Origin: an uncultured Acidimicrobiales bacterium
GTDB lineage: Bacteria; Actinomycetota; Acidimicrobiia; Acidimicrobiales; SZUA-35
NCBI GenBank assembly: GCA_937958015.1
Contig: CALGOA010000021.1
Span: 1,669-65,668, forward strand
DNA length: 64,000 nt
Direction of reading: 5' to 3'
Shown: positions 10,248 to 20,000 of the stretch, one piece after another
How positions within the stretch are numbered: position 1 is the stretch's first letter
How the letters are laid out: every line of letters begins with the position of its first letter
Position numbers and translations under genes: made by a program
The notes under the pieces: model-generated
Databases searched by the model: none
The model's input: the letters and a program-made list of their open reading frames with translations, nothing else
What the model was told of the DNA's origin: nothing

Positions 10248-11222
10248 ATGAAGAAGCTACTTGCCCTTCTTTTGGTGCTGGCGCTCGTCGCCGCAGCGTG
10301 CGGTTCGTCGGATGACGCAGCCGACGATGGCACGACCGATGACGGCACCACCGAGGAGACGACCACAACCACCGAGGCGTCCGACGACGCCATGGAAGAG
10401 GACGATGCCATGGAGGATGACGACTCCATGGAAGAGGATTCGATGGAAGAGGATTCGATGGAAGAAGACTCCATGGAAGAATCCAGCCACTGCGACGCCG
10501 TCAAGACCGCTGGCACCCTCACCGTGGCCACCGGCGACCCCGTGTTCCCGCCGTGGATGGAAGACGACGACCCCACCAACGGTCGGGGCTTCGAGTCGGC
10601 CGTGGTGTATGCGGTCGCCGATGAAGTAGGTCTGGACGTCGCTTGGGTTCGTACCACGTTCGACCAGGGCATCTCCCCCGGAGCCAAGGACTACGACTTC
10701 AACGTTCAGCAGTACTCGATCAACGACGAACGCGAGCAGGCGGTCGACTTCTCCACCCCCTACTACGTTGCCGAGCAGGCGATCATCGCCACCGACCCCA
10801 GCCTGTTTGAGGGTGTGAGCAGCCTTGATGATCTCAAGGGTCTTCGCCTCGGTGCCGGCATCGCCACCACCAGCCTCGACTACATCGAAACCGTTATCCA
10901 GCCCGACACCGATGCCTCGGTCTTCGACGACAACGTCGCCGCCAAGGCTGCGTTCGATGCCGGCCAGATCGACGGGCTTGTACTCGACCTTCCCACGGCC
11001 TACTTCGTGTCAGCGGTCGAAATCGACAACTCGTTCATCGTTGGTGTCCTGCCCGAGATCGAAGAAGACGCCGACGCACTCGGCTTCGTCTTTGAAGAGG
11101 GAAGCGAACTGACCCCCTGCATCAACGAGGCGCTGTCGGTGTTGAAGAGCAACGGAACACTCGACACGCTCGAGGACCAGTATCTGAATCAGGCCGGGGA
11201 CATCCCAACCCTGACCAACTGA
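10248..11222 (+). CDS. Polar amino-acid ABC transporter substrate-binding lipoprotein (SBP family 3)
   Basis: RBS gaggag, lipobox VAAAC, GFESAV and AVDFSTPYY motifs; followed by permease and ATPase. Confidence 0.9.
   Translation: MKKLLALLLVLALVAAACGSSDDAADDGTTDDGTTEETTTTTEASDDAMEEDDAMEDDDSMEEDSMEEDSMEEDSMEESSHCDAVKTAGTLTVATGDPVFPPWMEDDDPTNGRGFESAVVYAVADEVGLDVAWVRTTFDQGISPGAKDYDFNVQQYSINDEREQAVDFSTPYYVAEQAIIATDPSLFEGVSSLDDLKGLRLGAGIATTSLDYIETVIQPDTDASVFDDNVAAKAAFDAGQIDGLVLDLPTAYFVSAVEIDNSFIVGVLPEIEEDADALGFVFEEGSELTPCINEALSVLKSNGTLDTLEDQYLNQAGDIPTLTN
10392..10484 (+). repeat. In-frame Met/acidic tandem repeat (15-18 bp units; MEEDDA-MEDDDS-MEEDS x3-MEES)
   Basis: atggaagaggattcg repeated with variants inside the SBP linker. 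Confidence 0.85.
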
Positions 11223-11262
11223 TCAGGTCGCTCGGTCCTGTCCGGGCGATACAAACAATGCT

Positions 11263-12138
11263 GTGACAATGCAATCAGCGCCTCCCGAGTCACCACTGAC
11301 TCCGCCGTCCTTGACGGGTGGACTTCGGTCCCACCTCGACGAGGAAGGCGCCCGGGGGGCGCTGATTGCGTTCGTCTCAACGATCGCCCTCTTCATTCTT
11401 GCCCTCGTCGTCATCGGCGGGAGCGAGAACTGGCCCACCGTCCGGCGGTCGTTCTTCGACTTCGAATTGATGTGGGAGTCCCGGGGTCCGATCTGGGAGG
11501 GATTCACCACCAACATCTGGATGTTCCTGGTCGGCCAGGTGGCGATCATGGCGCTGGCCCTGCTGATCGCAGTGATGCGGAGCCTGAAGGGTCCGGCGTT
11601 CTTCCCCGTGCGACTGCTGGCCATCGTGTTCATCGACTTCTTCCGAGGTATTCCGATCATCCTCGGTCTGCTGCTCTTCGGCTTTGGCATCCCGGCGCTG
11701 CGTCTGCCGGGGCTACCAAATAGCGCTGTGTTCTGGGGTCTGGTGGTCGTGGTGCTCAGCTACTCCGCCTACACCGCCGAGGTGTATCGATCTGGCATCG
11801 ATGCGGTGCCGGACTCACAGCGACTGTCAGCCTCCGCACTGGGTCTGACCCAGTGGCAGGGCCTCCGGTACGCGGTGCTCCCGCAGGCGATCCGAAACGT
11901 CATTCCCGCTCTGTTGAACGGGTTCGTCTCATTGCAGAAGGACGTCGCCCTACTCAGCGTCTTGGGGGTTCGGGAAGCGGTGCGCGAAGCGCAGATCATC
12001 ACCGGCCGCACGTTTAACTACTCCCCCTACGTATTTGCAGCTGCGTTGTTTCTCGCGATCAGCATCCCGTCGGCGCGATTCGCCGATTGGTACACGGCCA
12101 AAGACCGGGCCCGCCGATCACAGGGGGCCGGGCAATGA
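11263..12138 (+). CDS. Amino-acid ABC transporter permease (HisM-like)
   Basis: FFRGIP, YSAYTAEVYRSGI, EAA-like loop ASALGL, LPQAIRN, LQKDVAL. Confidence 0.92.
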   Translation: MTMQSAPPESPLTPPSLTGGLRSHLDEEGARGALIAFVSTIALFILALVVIGGSENWPTVRRSFFDFELMWESRGPIWEGFTTNIWMFLVGQVAIMALALLIAVMRSLKGPAFFPVRLLAIVFIDFFRGIPIILGLLLFGFGIPALRLPGLPNSAVFWGLVVVVLSYSAYTAEVYRSGIDAVPDSQRLSASALGLTQWQGLRYAVLPQAIRNVIPALLNGFVSLQKDVALLSVLGVREAVREAQIITGRTFNYSPYVFAAALFLAISIPSARFADWYTAKDRARRSQGAGQ

Positions 12139-12875
12139 AACTCTCGATGCGTGGCATCCAGAAGTCGTTCGGCGCCAATCACGTGCTGAAGGGAATCGAC
12201 CTCGACGTCGACGATCACGAGGTGGTGTGTCTCATCGGTCCCAGCGGTTGCGGTAAGAGCACCCTGCTTCGCACGGTCAACCTGCTCGAGAAGATCGATG
12301 CCGGAACCATCTACCTGGACGGCGAATTGGTCTCGGAACGAGGCGTCGATGCCAATGCGATTCGCCAGCGCATCGGAATCGTCTTTCAGAGCTACAACCT
12401 GTTCCCGCACATGAGCGTCCTGAAGAACCTGACCCTGGGTCCGATCAAGGCCATGGGCATGGATCGGACCATCGCCGAGGCCACCGCCACTGAGCTGCTC
12501 GAACGGTTTGGTCTCGGCGACAAGGTGCACGAGTACCCCGACCGGCTGAGCGGGGGCCAGCAGCAGCGGGCGGCCATCGTGCGCTCGCTGGTGGGAGATC
12601 CCGAGGTTCTGCTGCTCGATGAGATCACCTCGGCGCTTGACCCGGAGCTGGTCGGCGAGGTTCTCAGCGTGATTCGCGAGCTCGCCGGACGAGGTCTCAC
12701 CATGGTGCTCGCCACCCACGAGATGGGATTCGCTCGAGACGTCGCCAACCGCGTGGTGTTTATGGACGCCGGCCACGTTGTAGAGACCGGACCGCCAAGC
12801 CAGGTTCTGTCCGAACCCCACGAAGTCCGGACTCAGCAATTCCTGGCTCGGGTCATCGAGGGTGGTCGACTGTAG
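12135..12875 (+). CDS. Amino-acid ABC transporter ATP-binding protein (GlnQ-like)
   Basis: GPSGCGKST, VFQSYNLFPH, LSGGQQQR, LLDEITSALDPE; ATGA overlap with the permease. Confidence 0.93.
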   Translation: MKLSMRGIQKSFGANHVLKGIDLDVDDHEVVCLIGPSGCGKSTLLRTVNLLEKIDAGTIYLDGELVSERGVDANAIRQRIGIVFQSYNLFPHMSVLKNLTLGPIKAMGMDRTIAEATATELLERFGLGDKVHEYPDRLSGGQQQRAAIVRSLVGDPEVLLLDEITSALDPELVGEVLSVIRELAGRGLTMVLATHEMGFARDVANRVVFMDAGHVVETGPPSQVLSEPHEVRTQQFLARVIEGGRL

Positions 12876-12878
12876 ATC

Positions 12879-13328
12879 TCAGTTGTTGTCGCGGGCCCAC
12901 ATAAGCGAAGCCAGCGCCACCAGAAAGACCTGCTGGGCCAAGGTCAGCTCGTCCGGAAACTCAGCCGAGTGGGGAAACAACACCGGGCGCGGGCCGATGT
13001 GGCCGACCTTCACCCCGTCCAGCCGCACGACGTACTTCGACGTGAAGATCGTCTCCGGTTTCAGCTCGTAGGTACGGCCGTTGATATGCCCCAACATCCG
13101 CCGGCTGACGAAACTCGGCTTCTCGCCTCGAGCCACCTCAAGCCCTCCCTGGAGCAGCAGGTAGTTGCCCGATAGCAACGACTCGCGCCGGAGGACGAAC
13201 TCGGTTCCCTGAATCCACAGCGTCGATCCTTCAACCAGCCACTTGTCTCGGATCGTGGCGATCTCGACCCCGCCCAGTGAAACGACGATGTGCCGGGAGA
13301 ACAGTCTCGCCGCCCGAAGTTGCATCAC
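12879..13328 (-). CDS. Hypothetical protein, possibly LURP-one/tubby-C-like
   Basis: 149-aa ORF fills the gap between genes, has beta-strand pattern with a C-terminal hydrophobic helix, and TACTGT lies 7 nt before the GTG start. Confidence 0.55.
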   Translation of the reverse strand: MMQLRAARLFSRHIVVSLGGVEIATIRDKWLVEGSTLWIQGTEFVLRRESLLSGNYLLLQGGLEVARGEKPSFVSRRMLGHINGRTYELKPETIFTSKYVVRLDGVKVGHIGPRPVLFPHSAEFPDELTLAQQVFLVALASLMWARDNN

Positions 13329-13362
13329 CCGAACGACAGTAGGTGGTCAACGAGGCTCGGCA

Positions 13363-14703
13363 CTAACACCGACCCACTCCAGGGAGCGGCGGGATCCAAC
13401 GGCCGGTCGACAACAGGCGATCGGCTTCTTCGGGCCCCATCGAACTTGGCTTGTAGGAGACGGGAACGGACGGCCGCTCGTGGAGTGGCGCCACGATGCG
13501 CCAGGCCGCTTCGATGTCGTCGATCCGGGCAAAGTGGCGATGATCGCAGCTGAGCGCCCCCGCCAACATCGTTGCGTAGTCGCTGAGTCCACCATGCCCG
13601 GTGGGGCCACACGCCCACATCGTGACCGGGCGCAGATCGTGGCCGTCGGGATCGAGCACAACGACCTCGAGGGCGATCGTCGGTTCCGGTTTGATCGAAA
13701 ACCGCAGTCGATTTGCTGGTTGGTCGGCGAAGACGACAACCGCTTCGGTGTAGCTGTCGGCCAACTCCTTCCCGGTGCGAAGGACCACTTCAACACCACG
13801 CCAGCGCTCACACTCCACCTCCAACCGAGCGGCCACGAAGGTCTCCGTCGTCGACTCGGCATCGACATCGTCCACGTCGGTGTACCCCTCGAATTGGCCG
13901 AGAACTGCGTCGGTGATCGGCGCAATCGACCCCAGCAGATCGGCCCGAGCCCGGTCGAATGCCTCTGCGGACTGATCGGTCGGGGTTTCCATCAGCAGCA
14001 CCGCGATCAGCTGAAGTAGGTGGTTCTGGACGACGTCGTCGATCGCCCCAACGTTGTCGTAAAAGGAACCTCGACCGTCAACGCCGAATGCCTCGGCCAT
14101 CGTGATTTCAATCCGCTGGGCCGTTCCGGTGCGCATCATCGCATCGATAGCGGGATTCGCAGATCGGAAGGTCTGCAGATTCTCCACCGTCGCCTTGGCC
14201 AGAAAGTGGTCGACCGGAAACAGTTGGCTCGGGTCGAGTACCGAGGTGATGTCGTCGTACAGCTCACGGGCGGAGGCCGCATCGCTCCCAAACGGCTTTT
14301 CCACCACGAGCCGAACGCCTTGGTCGATCCCGGCCGCAGCCAGACCTTCGGCGACGCCGCGAAAGAGGTGCGGTGGGAGCGCCGCATACACGACGGGATC
14401 GGTGGCCTCGCCCAGCCGTTCGGCGAGGTCGGTGTAGGTACTGGTGTCTTGAGAGTCACCCCGGAGGTACTGCAGGTCCAGGCGGTCGGACAGCTCATCC
14501 CGAGTTGCGCCGGTGGAGTCGGCCAGCATCTGCCAAAGTTCGTCGTCGCTCACGTCGCTGCGACCGATGGCGATGACCTTGCCGTCCAGTTGACCGGCGT
14601 TGACCAGCTCGACGATGGCGGGGAACAATTTCTTCTCGCCAAGGTCTCCGGTCAGACCAAACATGACGAGGGCATTCGACTGGGCTGGTTCGGTAGATGT
14701 CAC
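13363..14703 (-). CDS. zwf: Glucose-6-phosphate 1-dehydrogenase
   Basis: FGLTGDL, RLVVEKPFG, DHFLAK, DVVQNHLLQ, LRTGK. Confidence 0.9.
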   Translation of the reverse strand: MTSTEPAQSNALVMFGLTGDLGEKKLFPAIVELVNAGQLDGKVIAIGRSDVSDDELWQMLADSTGATRDELSDRLDLQYLRGDSQDTSTYTDLAERLGEATDPVVYAALPPHLFRGVAEGLAAAGIDQGVRLVVEKPFGSDAASARELYDDITSVLDPSQLFPVDHFLAKATVENLQTFRSANPAIDAMMRTGTAQRIEITMAEAFGVDGRGSFYDNVGAIDDVVQNHLLQLIAVLLMETPTDQSAEAFDRARADLLGSIAPITDAVLGQFEGYTDVDDVDAESTTETFVAARLEVECERWRGVEVVLRTGKELADSYTEAVVVFADQPANRLRFSIKPEPTIALEVVVLDPDGHDLRPVTMWACGPTGHGGLSDYATMLAGALSCDHRHFARIDDIEAAWRIVAPLHERPSVPVSYKPSSMGPEEADRLLSTGRWIPPLPGVGRC

Positions 14704-14754
14704 GGAGTCTCTGTACCCCGCTGGAGCCGATTCAATCGAGTCGGCATTCCGAGC

Positions 14755-16149
14755 TCAGCGGCGGGTGGCGTGGTAGATCGTACGGGTGCCGCCCGCGAGC
14801 ACCCGACGGTCGGTGACATCGAACCGTTCACCCAACCACCGCTCGAAGTTGTCGAGCGTGTAGTCGTCGTGGATCCCCGCTCGTTTATTCCGAAGGAGTT
14901 TCTTGACCATCGGGTCGTTTTCGCTGGGGAATTCGATGACCAGGTTGGAAGTGAGATCAGCCAGCAGATCCAGTTGCTGGGTCACCGGGATGTTGAATGT
15001 GAGCGCCAGGTGGTGAATGACGGCCAGGTAGATGACCGCATCGGGGGATGATCGATCGAACAATCCGGGCCGCTCCCGGCCCCGCCAGCCGATGCCACCG
15101 CCCGCGGTGGAGAGGTCTACGACCAGTGGAGTGATCCGCTCGGCGATCTGAGAAGGGTCGGACCGGAGTTCGTGATAGAGGCGGTCGACCACCAGTTCGT
15201 CGGCATCCATCGCGAGGACACGGTCGGCGTGTTTCGCCGCGATGCGGCTGAACATTCCGTCGTTGCATCCAACGTCCCAGCAGTGGCCGATCGAACCGCT
15301 GGCGGCGAGAGCGGCATCGACGAAGTCCGCCTTCTCTCGCAATCCCTCGTCGTCGTAGTGGGAACGGTCCGAATAGTCCGACCACAACGAGGTGTCGACA
15401 CCGATGTCGAGACCCTCGACCAACTTGATCATCTTCTCGACGGTCGCCAACATCAACTCGGTACTCATTCCCGATTCGGCGACGTCGTCGGCCACTCCGG
15501 AGTCGGCGTCGGAGAGCTTACGCTGGGCCAACGCATGCAGCACCACATGAGTCAGCCGGCCCTTTTGGCGCTTGGCCCGGGCAGGACCCAGGAGTCCACG
15601 GGCATCCTCGACCGAAATACCGTTGATTGACCCTCGCAGGATCGACTGGAACGGCACCTCGGCGTACGCCCGCAGCATGAGGGGGTAGAGGAAGAGTTCG
15701 CAGAATTGTTGGTATCCGAACCACGGGTCGGTCTCGGATCGTTTCTGGAACGAGCCGATGTCGATGAACAGTGGTCTGGAGCCCTGGAACTGCACGTTGT
15801 ACGGCGTTGCGTCCTTCACTCCGACGCCCGCATGGGCTGCATCCCGTATCAGCTGGAGTTGCAGGAGAGCCGCATCCTTGAGCATCGAAAACGACCACTC
15901 GAAGGCGTACGTGATCAGGTCGAGTCGGGGGTGCTCAACCATCCCCGCCGCATCGGTGTGGATCCCCTCGACCAGTTCGCTTTCAACGACCCGACCCCGA
16001 GCGCTCTGGGCGGTGATGAATGGCCAGGCGAAGGCTCGGTCGTCTTCGCCGGTGGCGTTGAACAGCCGAAAGACTCGATCATCCTGAATAACGACGTGGC
16101 TGAGCGGGTCTCGGAACGATCCCGGATCGTTTCTGTAGTTGTCCCCCAC
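14755..16149 (-). CDS. NoeA-like protein: kinase-like N-terminal domain plus class I SAM methyltransferase
   Basis: SFRDP, EWSFSMLKDAA, VKDATPYNVQF..FIDIGSF and C-terminal WDVGCNDG, LAVIHHL. Confidence 0.75.
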   Translation of the reverse strand: MGDNYRNDPGSFRDPLSHVVIQDDRVFRLFNATGEDDRAFAWPFITAQSARGRVVESELVEGIHTDAAGMVEHPRLDLITYAFEWSFSMLKDAALLQLQLIRDAAHAGVGVKDATPYNVQFQGSRPLFIDIGSFQKRSETDPWFGYQQFCELFLYPLMLRAYAEVPFQSILRGSINGISVEDARGLLGPARAKRQKGRLTHVVLHALAQRKLSDADSGVADDVAESGMSTELMLATVEKMIKLVEGLDIGVDTSLWSDYSDRSHYDDEGLREKADFVDAALAASGSIGHCWDVGCNDGMFSRIAAKHADRVLAMDADELVVDRLYHELRSDPSQIAERITPLVVDLSTAGGGIGWRGRERPGLFDRSSPDAVIYLAVIHHLALTFNIPVTQQLDLLADLTSNLVIEFPSENDPMVKKLLRNKRAGIHDDYTLDNFERWLGERFDVTDRRVLAGGTRTIYHATRR

Positions 16150-16158
16150 GATCGTGGT

Positions 16159-16353
16159 TTACGCGACCGTCTCGGCTTCGGCTTCTGTTTCGGCCTCAGG
16201 CGAATCGACACCGGGGGCCAGTTCGTCGCCTTTCTTGAACTTGCCTTTGAAGCGACGCATGCCGGTTTTTCCAACGACGGAAAGACCCGCAGCTCCTCCC
16301 GCAATCGCCGAAACGATCATGCTGCCCGTTGCCGCGTCGAGATAGCCAAACAT
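16159..16353 (-). CDS. Small membrane protein with YLD-x-x-TGS motif
   Basis: 64 aa: YLDAATGSM, one hydrophobic helix, basic cluster RRFKGKFKK, acidic tail; TATGCT 6 nt before ATG; 9 nt from the next gene. Confidence 0.75.
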   Translation of the reverse strand: MFGYLDAATGSMIVSAIAGGAAGLSVVGKTGMRRFKGKFKKGDELAPGVDSPEAETEAEAETVA

Positions 16354-16391
16354 GGCTAAAGCATAGGCGAACAGCGGGTAAACGTTGGGGA

Positions 16392-17762
16392 CTACTCGGC
16401 AGCTTCGCCAAGAACCTCGGCCAAAGCCGGGTGAACGAACAGCGACTCGACCAGGTCGGTCACTGTCAGCCCGGCCGTAACGGCCAGCGCTATGACGCTG
16501 ATCAACTCGGCCGCGTGGCGACCGACGATCGAACCGCCCAGCACCACCCCGGTGAGCGGGTCAGTGACGATCTTGACGAACCCGCGGGGATCATTGTTGA
16601 TGAGGGCCTTGGCCGACACGCTGAAGGGAACCTTGGTCACGCGGATCTTTCGACCCTCGGCAAACGCATCGGCTTCGGCCAACCCGACGTCGGCGATCTC
16701 GGGTTCGGTAAAGATCGCCGATGCCGCCTTTTCGTAGTCGATGTGGCGATGGGGACCGTTGTGCATTCCCATGGCATGTTCGGCGATCTTGCGCCCCTGC
16801 ATCGATGCCACCGAACTCAACGGCAGCTTTCCGGAGAGATCCCCACAGGCGTAGACACCCGGAACGTTGGAGAGACAGTTGTGGTCGACCTTGACGTACC
16901 CCCACTCGCTCTCGATGCCGGCCGCTTCGAGGTTCAGGTCGTCGCTGTTGGGAATCGAACCGATCGCCATCAGCACATGGGACCCTTCGGCGATACGACC
17001 GTCGTCACAGTGCACCATCACCCGATCGTTTTCGACCGTGATGCTCTCGGCTCGTGCGCCTTTGAGGAGCCGCACCCCGCGATCGACGAACGTCTGCTCG
17101 AGGGCCGCAGCAACCTCGGGATCCTTTTGGGGCAGCACATGTTGGCGGCTGACCACGAGGGTCACCTCGGACCCGAACGAGGAGAACATATGCACGAACT
17201 CCACGCCCGTCACACCCGACCCGATCACAACCAGCCGATCGGGAAGTTCGGGCGGCGGATACGCGTGGCGGGTGGTGAGGACCCGTTCGCCATCGATCGG
17301 TGCCCAATCGGGGATGCGGGGGCGACTCCCCGTAGACAACACCACAACATCGGCCTCGAGGTCCTCGATCCCGCCGTCGGATCGTTCGACCCGCACGCTC
17401 TTGGGACCCGTCATCTGGCCGGTGCCTTCGATCATTCGTACGCCCTGTGATGCCAACTGGCTCGAGATCGATTGCTCCAACCGGCCTTCGATGGCGCCGA
17501 TCCGCTCCTTCAGCGCATTGAAGTCGAGCTTGGCTTCCACTTCGGCGAGCCCCATCTCCGAGGCCTGCTTCATGTTCGACATCATTCCGCCGGTAGCAAT
17601 CATCGCTTTCGACGGAATGCAATCGAGCAGGTGGGCGGCGCCTCCGACAATGTCGCGCTCGATCAGCGTTACCTTCGCTCCCAGCCGCGCGGCGTGCGTG
17701 GCGCACGTGGTGCCACCCGGCCCGCCGCCGATGATTACGAAACGCTTTGACGATCCTGCCAT
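16392..17762 (-). CDS. lpdA: NAD(P)H:quinone oxidoreductase of the lipoamide dehydrogenase family (mycobacterial LpdA type)
   Basis: GGGPGG FAD motif; GGAAHLLDCIPSK keeps only one of the two redox cysteines, as in Rv3303c; GSGVTGVE; start trimmed to ATG 17762. Confidence 0.85.
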   Translation of the reverse strand: MAGSSKRFVIIGGGPGGTTCATHAARLGAKVTLIERDIVGGAAHLLDCIPSKAMIATGGMMSNMKQASEMGLAEVEAKLDFNALKERIGAIEGRLEQSISSQLASQGVRMIEGTGQMTGPKSVRVERSDGGIEDLEADVVVLSTGSRPRIPDWAPIDGERVLTTRHAYPPPELPDRLVVIGSGVTGVEFVHMFSSFGSEVTLVVSRQHVLPQKDPEVAAALEQTFVDRGVRLLKGARAESITVENDRVMVHCDDGRIAEGSHVLMAIGSIPNSDDLNLEAAGIESEWGYVKVDHNCLSNVPGVYACGDLSGKLPLSSVASMQGRKIAEHAMGMHNGPHRHIDYEKAASAIFTEPEIADVGLAEADAFAEGRKIRVTKVPFSVSAKALINNDPRGFVKIVTDPLTGVVLGGSIVGRHAAELISVIALAVTAGLTVTDLVESLFVHPALAEVLGEAAE

Positions 17763-17802
17763 GGTCAAGAGGATACGGCCTCCGAGCAGCCCGGCCTGTG
17801 AC

Positions 17803-18720
17803 TCAACTTTCGCCTTCCAGGACCGCTCGGTCGCGCCAGAGGGCTCTGAACGTTGACCAGCCTCCGCAGAATCCCAGCACGCCAACCATCGTGATCACTA
17901 CGTAGGCGAGGTCGTCGATGGCGGCAACCAGAAATCCAAGCTCGGCGGGGAGGTCGACAATCGTTGCTGTTGCACCGGCCAGAAGCTCCCGAATTCCAAT
18001 CCCACCGGGAAAGAACCCCGCTGCCGACGACAGAGCACCGACGGCGACAAGGGCGACCGCAGTGCCCGTGGGATCAAAGCCGAGCGCCCAGACCAACAGG
18101 AGATAACGCACCGCAAGTGCCACCACCAGGCCGACCGAGGTGAGGGCGACAAGTCCCCATCCGGCCAGGCTTGCTCCCAAGCGCAACGCCATCCCGAGGC
18201 TGAAGCCGATTGCTAGTATCCCTGCGGCGGCGACCAGGCCGGCCGTGGCGCCACCCCCTACCGACAGCAGCGGCGGCACCGCCACGAACAACGACCACCC
18301 AAGCCACGAAAGAGCGCCGACGGCAGTGGAACCACCTGCCTGTTTCAGGGTTGCGCCGCGATCGACGAGCGCTCCTGAGCGAACGACCGCAGCGCCTGGA
18401 ACCGGGAGGAGATTTGCGGCGGAACCGATCAGCGTGGTTCGAAGGGCTTCCCGGTATGGGACGTCGATGTTGATGAGACCCGCCTGAGCTCGGTAGCCCG
18501 CAGCATTTACCAGAATGGTCGTCGGCGCCAGAACGACTGCAGCGACTCCGGGAACGAGCCGAACGTCGGCCATCTGGTCGGTGGGGAATCTGACCACTGC
18601 CAAGATAAAGAAAAGGCCAAACGCAACGACGAGGCCGACAAATTGGGCTGGCGAAAAGCGATAGTTTCGGAGCGTTCCTATTCGTGCGAGCAGCGTCGTC
18701 AGTAGCCGCATCACCATCAC
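17803..18720 (-). CDS. Flippase-like membrane protein (lysylphosphatidylglycerol synthase TM / AglD2-like)
   Basis: Multiple TM helices, ANLLPVPG and PGGIGIRE motifs. Confidence 0.75.
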   Translation of the reverse strand: MMVMRLLTTLLARIGTLRNYRFSPAQFVGLVVAFGLFFILAVVRFPTDQMADVRLVPGVAAVVLAPTTILVNAAGYRAQAGLINIDVPYREALRTTLIGSAANLLPVPGAAVVRSGALVDRGATLKQAGGSTAVGALSWLGWSLFVAVPPLLSVGGGATAGLVAAAGILAIGFSLGMALRLGASLAGWGLVALTSVGLVVALAVRYLLLVWALGFDPTGTAVALVAVGALSSAAGFFPGGIGIRELLAGATATIVDLPAELGFLVAAIDDLAYVVITMVGVLGFCGGWSTFRALWRDRAVLEGES

Positions 18721-18827
18721 GTCGCGAACCTACTTCGGAGCCACGGCCCCTCCGTGGTTTCCCACCAATGAACGCAGACGGGCGGCCGCTCACCCCGCAA
18801 GGTCCCGGCTCGCACTACCGTTCTTTG

Positions 18828-20000
18828 GTGATGGGCTCCGGTGATCTCCTCATAGGTGCAGAGGTGACGAACACTCTGGCGGCTGAACAATTCAACGGCC
18901 TCCATCGGGTGGCCCTCGAATTGCTGCGCCGATCACCGGCGATCGAACCGCTGCGGTCCCTGGCCGACGCACCCGGTCAGTTTCGGCGGCTGACGCCGGG
19001 TGAACGACTTGCGGTACAGCGCGGTCTGGTGCCCGGCCGAGCCCTGGCCACTCGACTCGCTCGCCGTCTCCCCGGCGAGGCCCGCCGACGCTTTTCCGAC
19101 ACCTTCAATCTGGCGGCCGACGTGGCCGAGGTCGACGTGTTCCTCGATATGGAAGCCGCCTGGCTAAATCCGTGGAGCCGACGCGACCTTCTGCCCCACC
19201 TGCGTCGATTTGCGGTCGAGACCGCCGCAATCGTTCACGATGTGGCGCCGATCACCCATCCTGAATGGTTCGAGCCGGCGTCGTCGTTTCGATTCGAGAA
19301 GTTCCTCCGAGCCCACCTGGAACACGGTTCCCACTTCTTCTGCATCTCCCAGCACACCCGGCGCCAGCTGCTCAACGTTGCTGCCGAATTCGGTTACCCC
19401 CAACCCGCGACGTCGCTCCTACCCATGGGGGCGTTGAAGACGTCGGTCGAGAGTTCCGAACCGACTACCGAGCGATCGATGCTGCTGATGGTTGGGACAC
19501 TCGAACCGCGCAAGAACCACGATCTGGTTCTGGGTCTGTTCGATCGGCTGGATTCCGAGGGCGTCGACGTGGAACTGCAGTTGGTTGGAAGCCGGGGATG
19601 GAAGAGTTCCGACCTGATTTCGAGGATCACCAACCATCGCCACTACGGCGAGCGGCTGCGCTGGAGATCAGGACTCAGCGACGATGCGCTGGCCGCCCTG
19701 TATACCGATGCCGCTGCGGTGCTGGTCCCCTCGCTCGATGAGGGTTTTGGTCTGCCGGTCATCGAGGCACTCGCGCACGGAACGCCGGTGGTGGCGTCGG
19801 ATCATCCCGCCCTACGAGAAGCCGGCGGGACCTACGCGAACTACGCCGGCTCGGCCGACCGTTGGCACAGCCTGGTCACCAACCTGCTCGACCCGGCCGA
19901 GCAGAACGCGGTGCGAAATCGACTGAGTCGATACGAACCGCCTTCGTGGGATCACAGTGCCGAGGTTCTACGGGCTGGCCTAGTCAAGCTCGTCGACTGA
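18828..20000 (+). CDS. GT4 glycosyltransferase (mannosyltransferase-like)
   Basis: VHDVAP, VGTLEPRKN, PSLDEGFGLPVIEA; start trimmed to GTG 18828. Confidence 0.88.
   Translation: MMGSGDLLIGAEVTNTLAAEQFNGLHRVALELLRRSPAIEPLRSLADAPGQFRRLTPGERLAVQRGLVPGRALATRLARRLPGEARRRFSDTFNLAADVAEVDVFLDMEAAWLNPWSRRDLLPHLRRFAVETAAIVHDVAPITHPEWFEPASSFRFEKFLRAHLEHGSHFFCISQHTRRQLLNVAAEFGYPQPATSLLPMGALKTSVESSEPTTERSMLLMVGTLEPRKNHDLVLGLFDRLDSEGVDVELQLVGSRGWKSSDLISRITNHRHYGERLRWRSGLSDDALAALYTDAAAVLVPSLDEGFGLPVIEALAHGTPVVASDHPALREAGGTYANYAGSADRWHSLVTNLLDPAEQNAVRNRLSRYEPPSWDHSAEVLRAGLVKLVD

Noticed and set aside
16392..17762. True dihydrolipoamide dehydrogenase (E3)
   Set aside because: It lacks the first Cys of the CxxxxC redox pair, matching the quinone-reductase LpdA type
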